A stretch of 64,000 nt of DNA from an uncultured Gemmatimonadales bacterium (lineage in GTDB: Bacteria > Gemmatimonadota > Gemmatimonadetes > Gemmatimonadales > Gemmatimonadaceae), in NCBI GenBank assembly GCA_963851265.1, contig CAWKNZ010000002.1:224001-288000 (forward strand). The letters are read 5' to 3'. Below are positions 1 to 9,356 of the stretch, one piece after another. Below the pieces are notes generated by a model that was given only the letters and a program-made list of their open reading frames with translations, ran no database searches and was not told the DNA's origin. Position numbers and translations under genes: made by a program. How positions within the stretch are numbered: position 1 is the stretch's first letter; the number at the start of each line of letters is the position of its first letter.

Positions 1-349
1 CGAGCGCGATCCGCGAGTACCGGGCGACCACCTCGGTCGCGAGCGGCGTCGCGCCGGTCACCTCCAACGCGCTCTCCTCGTCGATGAGCCGCCACGCGAC
101 CACTACCGACGCGTTCAACTCGCGCAACGTCAGCTCGACGAGCGACACGGCGCGCTCCTCGGCCGTCGGATAGCTCGCCGCCATGCGCCGCAGCCTGCCT
201 TGCAGGGCGCGCGCGGTCGCCATCGCCCGCGTCGCCGCGTCGCGCACCTCGTCGTGGCGCGACGCCGACTCCGCCGCGTCCCCCTCGGGGTCGGGCGGCG
301 CGGTGGAGTGACCGGCGGGGTGGGGGACGGCATCCACGCCATGCATCAT
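1..349 (-). CDS. N-terminal part of a probable GAF-domain sensor protein, running off the window edge
   Basis: Not in the ORF track. Read by hand from ATG 349: MMHGVDAVPHP...VELTLRELNASVVVAWRLIDEESALEVTGATPLATEVVARYSRIAL, open to base 1. It resembles the start of a GAF domain and lies next to signalling genes. Confidence 0.5.
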   Translation of the reverse strand, partial: MMHGVDAVPHPAGHSTAPPDPEGDAAESASRHDEVRDAATRAMATARALQGRLRRMAASYPTAEERAVSLVELTLRELNASVVVAWRLIDEESALEVTGATPLATEVVARYSRIAL

Positions 350-383
350 GGCAAGAATCGGACGCCGAACAACGTCAGCGCTG

Positions 384-818
384 CTACGAGAAATCCATGT
401 GCCGGCGCGCACACGCCGGGCACGCGCCGTGAGAGAAGACGACGCGAAACTTCGGGTCGGCGATCCGGCCGCGTACCCACGGGGGCACGGCGCGCCACGC
501 CTCGTCCGCCTCGGCGAGGCCGCGCGCGAGCGGCAGCGCCACGTACACCCGCTCGCAGAACATGCAGACGCGGAGGACCGCCGGCAGCCGCGGACGCGCG
601 GCGCCCGCGTCGCACACGGCCGCGCGCGACGGATGCAGCACGACGCGCCGCCACAGCCGGTGCCAGCCGCGCCATGACCGGGCCTGGGCCGACAGGAGGG
701 ACTGCAACTCGCGCGAACGGGTCGCCTCGGTGGTCGCGCGCGCGCAGAGCCGCTCGCTCGCCTGGCAGGCGAGCGTTGCGCGTGCGCGCGACTCGCGAAG
801 CCGTGCGCTGACCGGCAC
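384..818 (-). CDS. Small protein with a CxxC...SHGxCPxC putative zinc-binding module
   Basis: VLRVCMFCERV...W...VFSHGACPAC matches the 'ICxxCKKIR...W...SHGICPxC' tail seen on many PAS and response-regulator proteins. Confidence 0.6.
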   Translation of the reverse strand: MPVSARLRESRARATLACQASERLCARATTEATRSRELQSLLSAQARSWRGWHRLWRRVVLHPSRAAVCDAGAARPRLPAVLRVCMFCERVYVALPLARGLAEADEAWRAVPPWVRGRIADPKFRVVFSHGACPACARRHMDFS

Positions 819-858
819 GGCGGCGCCCGCTGTCGTGTACGGAGCTGTTACGCCGCTG

Positions 859-1443
859 TTATACGGGGCCGTCCAGCTCGCCCGCCGTGCCCGGGTCGCC
901 GCCGACCTCGGCCTGCAGCGGCGACCCGTCTGCGGTCATTCCGTCGCGGTCGAGCGCGAGACGCCCGGCCACCTCGGCGAGCTGGCGCGCGAGATCGTGC
1001 AGCGCGGCGGCGTCGAGGGGCCCCGCCGCGCGCGCCACGCGCGCGTGCGCCGGCTCGGGCGCACGTCGCAGCAGCTGGCGGCCGGCCGGGGTGATCGCGA
1101 TCGGCGTGCGGCGGCGGTCGTCCGGGGCGACGCTCCGCGTGACGAGGTCGCGCTCGACCAGCCCGCGCACGACCACGCTCGCGGTGCTCGGATCGGTCTG
1201 CGTGCGGACGGCCAACTCGGCGAGCGACGCGCAGGGCGCGTCGACCAGCTTGCGCAGGACGAGCAGCTCGGCGCCGTGCACACCGATCTCCTGCTCGGCG
1301 GCGCGCGACGCGCCGCGCAGGGCGTGAACGACGGCGCGCACCGCGTCGACGAGGGCAGCAGCGCCCACCTCGACGTCGGGCGCGGGGGCGGGAGGGGCCG
1401 CGAGGGCGGTCCGCGCGCGGGCGAAGGCAGGCGTGGTAGTCAA
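859..1443 (-). CDS. MarR-family winged-helix regulator
   Basis: ELLVLRKL...SLAELAVRTQTDPSTASVVVRGLVERDLVTRSVAPDDRRRTPIAITPAGR; the TTG start overlaps the upstream TGA (TTGA). Confidence 0.85.
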   Translation of the reverse strand: MTTTPAFARARTALAAPPAPAPDVEVGAAALVDAVRAVVHALRGASRAAEQEIGVHGAELLVLRKLVDAPCASLAELAVRTQTDPSTASVVVRGLVERDLVTRSVAPDDRRRTPIAITPAGRQLLRRAPEPAHARVARAAGPLDAAALHDLARQLAEVAGRLALDRDGMTADGSPLQAEVGGDPGTAGELDGPV

Positions 1444-2084
1444 ACCAGGTCGTCGCTGGAGTGGGGGAGTTCTTCGGTGATCACCCAGTGTAGTACGGCA
1501 TCGGCGCAGGGCGCCGAACCGCTGCAGACTGAGCGCAGCGCGCGCGTGCGCACCCGGCACTCGATCGGGTCACCGTACTTGGGGGTCAACCGGACCGGCC
1601 ACGTCTCGACGCGCGAGCTCTGCTTCGAACGATAGAGCGCGATGCGGAACGCGGCGCGGTCGGCGATCGCGACGTACGCCGCGAGCGGCTTGCCGACCAC
1701 GGCGTTGGCCGGGCGAATCAGCAATTCGAGCGCCGCCTGATTGATCCGCACGATCTGCCCGACGCCGTTGGTCACCAGCGACGCCGTCGGCGCGAGGTCG
1801 AACAGGTCGCGAAACACCTGCTGCTCGAGTTCGAGCTCGGTCTGCGCCGCGAACAGCGCCTCGTTCTGCGCGCGCAATTCCTCCTCGGCCCGGCCAAGAT
1901 CGGCCAGGGCGTCGGCGATCAGGTCGGAGGTCGCGTGGACGGTCGCGATCGACGCCCCCGACTCGCCCCCGGTCCGAGCGACGGCGCCGAGTGCTCGCAG
2001 CAGCGGCGAGCTGATCTCCTGCGCGCGCCGCCGGCGCTCTCCGAACTCGTCCGTGAATTCCGCGAAATCCGGATGCATGACCAT
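1440..2084 (-). CDS. Coiled-coil plus PAS domain protein with no output domain
   Basis: AEEELRAQNEAL heptads, then FRDLFDLAPTASLVTNGVGQIVRINQAA...VVGKPL (PAS); AAGGAG RBS before ATG 2084. Confidence 0.85.
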   Translation of the reverse strand: MVMHPDFAEFTDEFGERRRRAQEISSPLLRALGAVARTGGESGASIATVHATSDLIADALADLGRAEEELRAQNEALFAAQTELELEQQVFRDLFDLAPTASLVTNGVGQIVRINQAALELLIRPANAVVGKPLAAYVAIADRAAFRIALYRSKQSSRVETWPVRLTPKYGDPIECRVRTRALRSVCSGSAPCADAVLHWVITEELPHSSDDLV

Positions 2085-2162
2085 TCGCCGCTCCTTGGTA
2101 CCAACGACCGTGGGAACAACGGCCGTGCGCGTGCGTCTGCCGGGCAATACTGTTACTGCCAT

Positions 2163-3401
2163 ATGGATGCCACAACAACCTCGGATGCGACACCGCAATC
2201 CGCCACCCCACAGACTCGGCACCTACGGCGCGACATCGTCGTGATCGGTGCTTCGGCCGGCGGGGTCGAGGCCCTCAAGGCTGTCGTCGCCGCACTCCCG
2301 GCGGACTACCCCGGGTCCGTTTTTGTGGTCCTGCACATCCCGCCGAGCGTGCCGAGCGTGCTCGCCGGCATCCTCGGCCGGGCGGCATCCCTTCCGTGCG
2401 TCAACGCCACGGACGGAGCGCCCGTGCAGCCGGGCAGGATCTACGTCGCGCCTTCCGACCGCCACCTGTTGCTCGAGCCGGGCCGCATGCGCCTGGTGCC
2501 CGGCCCGCGCGAGAACGGCCACCGCCCCGCGGTCGATCCGCTCTTCCGTTCCGCGAGCGCCGCGTACGGCCCGCGCGTGGTCGGGGTGGTGCTCACCGGC
2601 AACCTCGACGACGGCACGCGCGGGCTGTTGGCCATCACCCAACAGGGCGGGCTCGCCGTGGTGCAGAGTCCGGACGAGGCCAACTTCCCCGGCATGCCGT
2701 TGAGCGCGATCGCGAACGTGCCCGTGGACTACGTGCTGCCGATGACGGACATCGCCCCGCTCCTCACGGCCGAGGCCGATCCCGCGCGCGACGCGATCGC
2801 CGCCGACGGGGCGCCATCGGATTCGAACGACACGGCGCCTCACGCGACGACGCCCAACGGGACGGCCCCGAATGGCCGGAGTGAGACGAGACCCAGTGTG
2901 CCGCCTCCGATGCGGACGACCCCCAACGGCGCCATACCGAACGGACTTCCGGTCGCGCCCGCGCCCACGCCCGCGCCCGCGCCCACGCCCGAGCGCGTCG
3001 CGGAGCTCGAAACGGGCATCGGCGTCGTCAACGGCGGCAGCCTGATGAACAAGGCACTCGGCGGGACGGTGTCGGAGTTCACCTGCCCCGACTGCCACGG
3101 CGCCTTGTGGGAGTTGCGCGACGGGGCGCTCGTGCGCTACCGCTGCCGCGTCGGCCACTCGTACACCGACCAGGGCCTCGTCGACAACAAGGCGCGATCG
3201 GTCGAGGACGCGCTCTGGACCGCGCTCACGGCCCTCGAAGAGAGCGCCGCGATCGCCGCCCGGGTGGCCGAACGGGCCGCCGAGCAGGGGCGCTCGCGCA
3301 GCGCCGCGGTGTTCCGGCTTCGCGCCGAGTACCTCGAACAGCGCGGCGCCCTGCTGCGCGACGTGCTGAACGACCTCCCCGCCCACGTGGACGGCATTTG
3401 A
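2163..3401 (+). CDS. cheB: CheB-type methylesterase (no receiver domain) with a C-terminal Cys/His zinc-ribbon-like domain
   Basis: IGASAGG, VLHIP, RPAVDPLFRS, LTGNLDDG catalytic motifs; C-terminal FTCPDCHGALWE...RYRCRVGH. Confidence 0.92.
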   Translation: MDATTTSDATPQSATPQTRHLRRDIVVIGASAGGVEALKAVVAALPADYPGSVFVVLHIPPSVPSVLAGILGRAASLPCVNATDGAPVQPGRIYVAPSDRHLLLEPGRMRLVPGPRENGHRPAVDPLFRSASAAYGPRVVGVVLTGNLDDGTRGLLAITQQGGLAVVQSPDEANFPGMPLSAIANVPVDYVLPMTDIAPLLTAEADPARDAIAADGAPSDSNDTAPHATTPNGTAPNGRSETRPSVPPPMRTTPNGAIPNGLPVAPAPTPAPAPTPERVAELETGIGVVNGGSLMNKALGGTVSEFTCPDCHGALWELRDGALVRYRCRVGHSYTDQGLVDNKARSVEDALWTALTALEESAAIAARVAERAAEQGRSRSAAVFRLRAEYLEQRGALLRDVLNDLPAHVDGI

Positions 3402-5422
3402 GCGACCCCGATCCGCCGCGCGCCGTGACGTTTCCGCCCGATCCCGGGCTCGATTTCGACCTGCTGCTGGCCTATTTGCGGGCGACCCGCAGTTTCGAGT
3501 TCAGCGGCTACAAACGTGTGGGACTCGCGCGCCGGATCGGCAAGCGGATGCGGGCCACCGGCTCCGCGACGTACGCCGCGTACCAGGAGTACCTCGACGC
3601 GCATCCGTCCGAGTTCGCCGAACTGTTCGACACGATCCTCATCAACGTGACCGCCTTCTTCCGCGACGAGTCGCTCTGGGAGCACCTCCGCGCCGAGGTC
3701 GTGCCGCAGCTGCTCGCGGCGCGCGGCGGGTCCGACCCGATTCGCGTGTGGTGCGCCGGATGCGCGACGGGGCAGGAGGCATACACGCTCGCCATCGTGC
3801 TCGCCGAGGCGATGGGCGACGACAAGTTCCGCGAGCGCGTGAAGCTCTACGCGACCGACCTCGACGAGGACGCGCTCGCCACGGCGCGGCAGGGCGTCTA
3901 CCAGGAGCGGGACGTCGCCGCGCTGCCGCCCGACCTCGTCGAGCGCTACTTCGAGCGTGACGGGCAGCGCTACGTCTTCCGCAAGGACCTGCGGCGCCTG
4001 CTGATTTTCGGGCGGAACGACCTCATGCAGGACGCGCCGATCTCGCGCATCGACCTGCTGACGTGTCGCAACACGCTGATGTACTTCGACGCGCCCACGC
4101 AGGCGCGCGTGCTGGCGCGCTTCCAGTTCGCGCTCAACGACGGCGGCGTCCTCGTGCTCGGGCGCGCCGAGACGCTGCTCACCCACACCAACCTGTTCGT
4201 CCCCGTCGACCTCAAGCGACGCGTGTTCGTCAAGGTGCCGCGCTACAACGCGGTGTCCGGGGCGTCCGGCGTGGTCGCCAGCCCATTCCGGTGGCGCGAC
4301 CGGTCCTCGGGCGCGACATACGGTCCCGGCGAGGGGCCCGACCGTGGGCTCGACGGCGAACTGCGCGACGCGGCGTTCGACGCGGGGCCGATCGCGCAGC
4401 TCGCGATTGACCGCACCGGGCGCCTCCTCGCCATAAACGAGCGCGCCCGCGCCCTCTTCCAGCTGGGCCAGCCCGACCTCGGTCGCCCGCTGCAGGACCT
4501 CGAAGTCTCGTACCGCCCGTTCGAGCTGCGTTCGCTCATCGACCAGGCGTTGAGCGAGGGGCGCCCCATCGTGAACGGCGAGGTGCCGTGGCGTGCGCCC
4601 GGCGGCGAGATGCGCTGGTTCGACATCCGCGTCGTGCCGCTCATCGCGCCCGCCGAATTCGGCGCCACCCCAGCGCCGGCCGGCGCGGGGGTGAGTGCGA
4701 CGTTCATCGAGGTCACGCGCTACAAGCAGCTGCAGCATCAGGTGCAGGAGGCGCAGGCGGAGCTGGAGGCCGCGTACCAGGAGCTGCAGAGCACGAACGA
4801 GGAGCTCGAGACCACGAACGAGGAGCTGCACTCGACCGTCGAGGAGTTGGAGACGACGAACGAGGAGCTGCAGAGCACGAACGAGGAGCTCGAGACGATG
4901 AACGAGGAGCTCCAGAGCACGAACGAGGAGCTGCAGACCATCAACGACGAGTTGCGCCAGCGGAGCGAGGACCTCAACCGGGCCAACGCGTTCCTCGAGT
5001 CGGTGTTCGCGAGCATGCGCGCGGGGGTGGCCGTGATCGACCGCGACCTGCGCGTGCTGTCGTGGAGCAACCTCGCCGAAGATCAGTGGGGCGTGCGGGC
5101 CGGCGAGGTGGTCGGCACGAGCTTCTTCAACCTCGACATCGGCCTGCCGGTCGAGCGGCTGGCCGAGGCGATCCGCGCGTGCCTGGCCGGCACCGCCGAC
5201 GCGCAGGAGCTGGTCCTCGGCGCGACCAACCGGCGCGGCCGCGCCACGCAGTGTCGCGTCAGCGTCCGGGCGCTCGCCGACCCGGGCGAGAAGCGCCCGC
5301 GCGGCGCGCTGATCCTCATGGAAGAGCTGCCTAACGAAGTGGGGGCGGGCGCCGCACCGCGGGGGGAGCCGGCCGCCGCGGCCCCGGCGGGCGCGGACGG
5401 GGCCGCGGCCCCCGAGGGCTGA
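3398..5422 (+). CDS. cheR: CheR-type methyltransferase fused to PAS - coiled coil - PAS
   Basis: INVTAFFRD, RVWCAGCATGQEAYT, YATDLD, CRNTLMYFD; (ELQSTNE)n coil; two PAS-like segments; TTGA overlap with cheB. Confidence 0.93.
   Translation: MSDPDPPRAVTFPPDPGLDFDLLLAYLRATRSFEFSGYKRVGLARRIGKRMRATGSATYAAYQEYLDAHPSEFAELFDTILINVTAFFRDESLWEHLRAEVVPQLLAARGGSDPIRVWCAGCATGQEAYTLAIVLAEAMGDDKFRERVKLYATDLDEDALATARQGVYQERDVAALPPDLVERYFERDGQRYVFRKDLRRLLIFGRNDLMQDAPISRIDLLTCRNTLMYFDAPTQARVLARFQFALNDGGVLVLGRAETLLTHTNLFVPVDLKRRVFVKVPRYNAVSGASGVVASPFRWRDRSSGATYGPGEGPDRGLDGELRDAAFDAGPIAQLAIDRTGRLLAINERARALFQLGQPDLGRPLQDLEVSYRPFELRSLIDQALSEGRPIVNGEVPWRAPGGEMRWFDIRVVPLIAPAEFGATPAPAGAGVSATFIEVTRYKQLQHQVQEAQAELEAAYQELQSTNEELETTNEELHSTVEELETTNEELQSTNEELETMNEELQSTNEELQTINDELRQRSEDLNRANAFLESVFASMRAGVAVIDRDLRVLSWSNLAEDQWGVRAGEVVGTSFFNLDIGLPVERLAEAIRACLAGTADAQELVLGATNRRGRATQCRVSVRALADPGEKRPRGALILMEELPNEVGAGAAPRGEPAAAAPAGADGAAAPEG
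4781..4950 (+). repeat. 21-bp heptad repeat encoding ELQSTNE/ELETTNE
   Basis: Repeated GAGCT(G/C)(C/G)AGA(G/C)(C/G)ACGAACGAG units. Confidence 0.9.
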
Positions 5423-5490
5423 CGCCTAACGGTACGCGTCGTGAGGGCGCCCGACGTCAGGCCGTCCCCGCGGTCGGCCGGTCCCCGCGG

Positions 5491-5922
5491 TCAGGCCGTC
5501 GCGTAGTACGCGTCGATTCCCCAGCGCACGGCGTCGCTCATCACGACGCGGGAGTCGGCCGCGTCGGCCGCGGTCGGGGCCGCGGCGCCGCGCACGGCGT
5601 CCTTCACGACCACGAGCATGCGCTCCGGCGGGACGCCGCCGCGGCGGAGGTGGGCGGCGAGGACGCTCACGGCGTCGCACAACTGCGTGCGGGACGCGTC
5701 GAACTCCGCGAACGTCGCGTCCGCCACGTCGAGCGCGGGGTGCACGCGCGCGGACGTGTGCCAGCGGCCGGCCGCGACGACCGCGCGCGCCGCCGTATCG
5801 CGCACGCGGCCGGTCAGGGCTCCGAGCACGTCGCCCGGAGCGGCGCCGCCGGCTGCCGCGAGGATGTCGGCCGCCGCGGCGTCGCGCGCGACCGACGGCG
5901 GAACCTGCGAGACGTCGCTCAT
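5491..5922 (-). CDS. Hypothetical helical protein (LRRGGVPPERMLVVVK...VRWGIDAYY)
   Basis: Typical codon usage and a protein-like C-terminal motif; no family recognised. Confidence 0.7.
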   Translation of the reverse strand: MSDVSQVPPSVARDAAAADILAAAGGAAPGDVLGALTGRVRDTAARAVVAAGRWHTSARVHPALDVADATFAEFDASRTQLCDAVSVLAAHLRRGGVPPERMLVVVKDAVRGAAAPTAADAADSRVVMSDAVRWGIDAYYATA

Positions 5923-6031
5923 GGCCAGAGAGGCTGGCAAGGTGGGGGAGCGGCGGAAACCAGGACCAGAGCACCGCGAAACAATCTGTGCTACCAACTG
6001 TTTCGCAGCGTAGGTTCGGGTACCTCGGGAG

Positions 6032-7168
6032 TCAAGGTCGCAACGGCGGAGCGGCGGTTCGCGTTCCCCGCGCCGGTTCGGCCGGCGTGCTCACGATGCT
6101 GAATACGCCACCCACGCCGCGCGGCGTGGTGGGATCGAGCACTGCACTGTACGACGAAACCGTCATGAATTCGTCGCCCTGCGCGTCGAGGTCGGTGCCG
6201 TCATGGTGTTCGGCCCACACGGTTTGGCGCGTCCGCGCGACGCGCTCGCACGTCGCCACCGCGACCCGCCCCGCACGCGAGCGCGTCTGCCGTGCCGAGC
6301 GCCCGAGATGTGTTTGACGCGCGGTCCCACCGCGTCGGGAGAACGCCGCGTCGTTGGAGATCTCGACGAGTTGGGCGCCCCAGTAGATCGACATCGGCAC
6401 GTGCGACGTGAGCGCGACGCGCACCACCGTCTGCAGCGCGACCGACCACCCCAGCACGGGGCCGAGGGGTGTGGCCGCCCAGTCGACGTCGGCCAGCAGC
6501 GGGCCGACCCGTGCCGCCCCCGGGCCGGTGAACAGGGCCGCGCCCGCGGCGAGCTCCGCCCCTGACCGGGGCAGCCGCCCGCCGCCCGCGACGAGCACGA
6601 GCACCGCACCGATCTGCGCGAGCGGCAACACGAGATCGATCGCGCCCGTCGCCGTCGCCGCGAGCGGCATCGACGGGTAGCGCGACGACTCGGCCGATTG
6701 CGCGAGGACCGTCGCCCCGGCGCGGCTGAGGGCCTGTACGCCCGCCGCGCCGTCGCGCCCCATCCCCGTGAGCACCACGGCGAGCGCCCGCGCGCCGAAC
6801 GCGGCGGCGAGACTCTCGAACAGCAGGTCGATCGGCAGGTCCGTTGCGCGCCGCACGCCCTCGCGCACCGCGCACGTGCCGTCGCGGCGCACCTCGACCT
6901 GGCGCTGCGGCGGGCACACGAACACGCACCCCGGCGTCAGCTTGGTCCCGTCGGCGACCCACGTCACCGACAGCCGGCTGTGCGCGGCGAGCATCTCGAC
7001 GAGCGCACTTCCGTAGCGCCCCAGATGCTGCATGACGACCACCGCCGCGGGGAAATCGGCAGGAAGCGCCTCCAGCACGGCGCGCAGCGCCTCGAGGCCG
7101 CCGGCGGAGGTGCCCACGGCGACGACGTCGTACCGAGAGGAGGGTCGCGTTGCCGTCACGGTAGGCAC
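6032..7168 (-). CDS. cheB: CheB methylesterase fused to a divergent PAS-like domain, possibly truncated
   Basis: VGTSAGG, VMQHL, PIDLLFES, LTGMGRDG, then DWAATPLGP..W..AL...PMSIYWG...ND, the module that usually begins PAS kinases. Confidence 0.8.
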   Translation of the reverse strand: MPTVTATRPSSRYDVVAVGTSAGGLEALRAVLEALPADFPAAVVVMQHLGRYGSALVEMLAAHSRLSVTWVADGTKLTPGCVFVCPPQRQVEVRRDGTCAVREGVRRATDLPIDLLFESLAAAFGARALAVVLTGMGRDGAAGVQALSRAGATVLAQSAESSRYPSMPLAATATGAIDLVLPLAQIGAVLVLVAGGGRLPRSGAELAAGAALFTGPGAARVGPLLADVDWAATPLGPVLGWSVALQTVVRVALTSHVPMSIYWGAQLVEISNDAAFSRRGGTARQTHLGRSARQTRSRAGRVAVATCERVARTRQTVWAEHHDGTDLDAQGDEFMTVSSYSAVLDPTTPRGVGGVFSIVSTPAEPARGTRTAAPPLRP

Positions 7169-7220
7169 TCCTGCAATGTCGGGCCCGCTACGCGAGCGCG
7201 CCCCGGCGAGCTGCCGCGTC

Positions 7221-7268
7221 GGGCGCGAGAGGCCGGGCGCGAGAGGCCGGGCGCGAGAGGCCGGGCGC
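7221..7268. repeat. Tandem repeat GGGCGCGAGAGGCC x3.4
   Basis: Read directly; sits just past the aminotransferase stop codon. Confidence 0.9.
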
Positions 7269-8404
7269 TAGCGCCCGGTCAACTCGGCGAGCGCGTCGTC
7301 GCACGCGGCCAGACAGCCGGCGAGCGTGTCGGGCGTGTGGTCCCCCATGTGGCCGACGCGGAACGTGGTAGCCCGAAGGCGCCCGTATCCCGCGCCGATC
7401 GTGTAGCCGCGCGCGGCGACCGCGCGCACGACGGGGCCGCTCTCGAGCCCCGTCGGAAGCGTCACGGCGGTGACCGTGGGCGATCGCGAGCCGGCCGGCG
7501 CGAGCAGGCCCACGCCGAAGCGTTCGGCGCGGGCCTCCACCCACGCCCACATGCGCGCCGCCATCGCGCCGTGCCGCGCCCAGCGCGCCTCGATCGGCTC
7601 GCACGTCGCCATGGCGGCGAGCTGGGCGTCCAGCGCGTAGAACAACGACAGGGCCGGCGTGTTGGGCGTCTGGTGCTTGGTCGCGTACGCCTCGAACTCG
7701 GCCAGGTCGAGGTAGCGCCCGCGCGCCGCCTCGCCCGCCGGCCGGGCGGCCGCGCCCGCGATGAAGTCGGCCGACGCGACGCCGAAGGCCAGTCCCGGCG
7801 GCAGGGCGAGCGCCTTCTGCGAACCCGTGAGCACGAAGTCGAGCCCCCAGGCGTCCGCGTGCAGCTCCGCACCGCCAATTCCGGTCACGCTGTCGACGAG
7901 GCAGGCCGCCCCGTCCGCGCGTGCCGCGGCGGCCACCGCCCGCACGTCGGTGAGCGCGCCCGTCGAGGTTTCGGAGTGCACGACGGTGACCGCGGCGAAG
8001 CGCCCGCCCGTCGATGGCCCGGCCCGCAGCGCGCGCGCGACGTCGTCCGGGTCGGCCGGGCATCCCCAGACCACGTCGAGCGTCTGCACCTCGCGCCCGC
8101 AGGCCCGGGCGATGTCGGCAAAGCGCTCCGAAAACGCGCCGTTGACCACCGCGAGGATCGGCCCCGGAGCCGCGGCGCGCACCGCGCCTTCCATCAGCCC
8201 GGTGGCCGACGACGACGAGAGATAGACCGGCCGCTCGGTGCGGAACACCTGTCGGAGTCCCGCGTCGCACCGCGCATGGAGCGCCTCGAATTCCGCACCG
8301 CGGTGCGGGATCATGGGGCGCACCATCGCCGCGAGCACCGCGGGTCGCACCTCGGTGGGACCCGGAAGAAAGAACGTGCCGAAACCCGCGTCAGGAGTCG
8401 TCAT
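7268..8404 (-). CDS. Class V PLP aminotransferase (serine-pyruvate/alanine-glyoxylate family)
   Basis: FLPGPTEV, VHSETSTG, LVDSVTG, TGSQKALALPPGL, FRVGHMG. Confidence 0.92.
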   Translation of the reverse strand: MTTPDAGFGTFFLPGPTEVRPAVLAAMVRPMIPHRGAEFEALHARCDAGLRQVFRTERPVYLSSSSATGLMEGAVRAAAPGPILAVVNGAFSERFADIARACGREVQTLDVVWGCPADPDDVARALRAGPSTGGRFAAVTVVHSETSTGALTDVRAVAAAARADGAACLVDSVTGIGGAELHADAWGLDFVLTGSQKALALPPGLAFGVASADFIAGAAARPAGEAARGRYLDLAEFEAYATKHQTPNTPALSLFYALDAQLAAMATCEPIEARWARHGAMAARMWAWVEARAERFGVGLLAPAGSRSPTVTAVTLPTGLESGPVVRAVAARGYTIGAGYGRLRATTFRVGHMGDHTPDTLAGCLAACDDALAELTGR

Positions 8405-8430
8405 ACCGTGTAAGCTGCCGTGACCGGCGG

Positions 8431-9105
8431 TCACGCGACAGCGCCCAGCACGAGCCCGGCGAGCGCGTCGAAGTTGTCGACCACGTGGTCGGCCGCGGCG
8501 ACCACCGCGTCGCGTCGTGCGAAGCCGGTGAACGCGGCGAGCGCGTCGCACGCGCCGGCCCCGCGCAGCGCGAGGTCGGTACTGCCGTCGCCGCAGCCGA
8601 GCGCCGGACGGGCCGCCACGCCCCAGGCGGCGAGCACGCCGCGCGCGACGTCGCCCTTGCCGCCCTGCGTCGCGAGCAGCGACCCGGCGTCGTAGGCGAA
8701 GTACGCGCCGCCCATGTCGAACACCACGTCCACCGCGTACACGTCGGCCGGGGCGAAGCCGAGGCTGCGGGCGAGTGGAAGGATGGCCTGGCGGAGCCCG
8801 CCGCTGACGAGGGCGATGCGCACTCCCCCCGCGCGCATGCGCTCGAGCGCGTCGGCCGCACCGGGCGCGAGCGCCGCCTGGTACGCGGCGGCCAGCGCCT
8901 CGCAGTCGCCGCGGTCGGGGCGAACGCGCGCGAGCCGCTCGCCGTACACGGCGTCGAGGGCGAGATCGCCGCGCATCGCGCGCTCGGTCGCCTCCGCGAC
9001 CGCGGCGGCCGTCGCGGCGCCGCGCCGTGCGGCAAGCCAGTCGATCCCTTCGACGCCGGCGAGGGTCGAGTCGACGTCGAGCAGGAGCGAGGGGTAGCGC
9101 GGCAT
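8431..9105 (-). CDS. serB: HAD-IB phosphatase, phosphoserine phosphatase-like
   Basis: DVDST motif I, EGID, TERAMRG, VSGG, K, GDGSTD. Confidence 0.85.
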   Translation of the reverse strand: MPRYPSLLLDVDSTLAGVEGIDWLAARRGAATAAAVAEATERAMRGDLALDAVYGERLARVRPDRGDCEALAAAYQAALAPGAADALERMRAGGVRIALVSGGLRQAILPLARSLGFAPADVYAVDVVFDMGGAYFAYDAGSLLATQGGKGDVARGVLAAWGVAARPALGCGDGSTDLALRGAGACDALAAFTGFARRDAVVAAADHVVDNFDALAGLVLGAVA

Positions 9106-9228
9106 GCGGTCGGGAGGCGGTGGGGAGGAGCGTCGGAACGAACCGTCCCCGGGACGGCCGCGCAACGCCGACGCGGGCGACCCCGCCGCGCGCCCCGCGC
9201 CGGAGCAACACTTTCGGGAACTCGCGCG

Positions 9229-9257
9229 TTTACTGGCGAGTAAGCCTGCGTAACGAT
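9229..9257 (+). promoter_or_regulatory. Candidate promoter overlapping a palindromic TetR operator (TTACT-ggcg-AGTAA, 9230-9243)
   Basis: AT-rich inverted repeat in the divergent intergenic region; TTTACT-17 bp-AACGAT spacing. Confidence 0.5.
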
Positions 9258-9356
9258 GGCGCAAACTCCGGCCACTCGCGGGTTGGATGCCGTTTTCATA
9301 CCGACTGGCCGCCGCGCCTCGACCGGCCGCTCTTCTCGAGTCCGACTATTCGACCG

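Noticed and set aside
4781..4950. Regular 21-bp repeats as a CRISPR array
   Set aside because: No spacers, in-frame coiled-coil coding, and no cas genes
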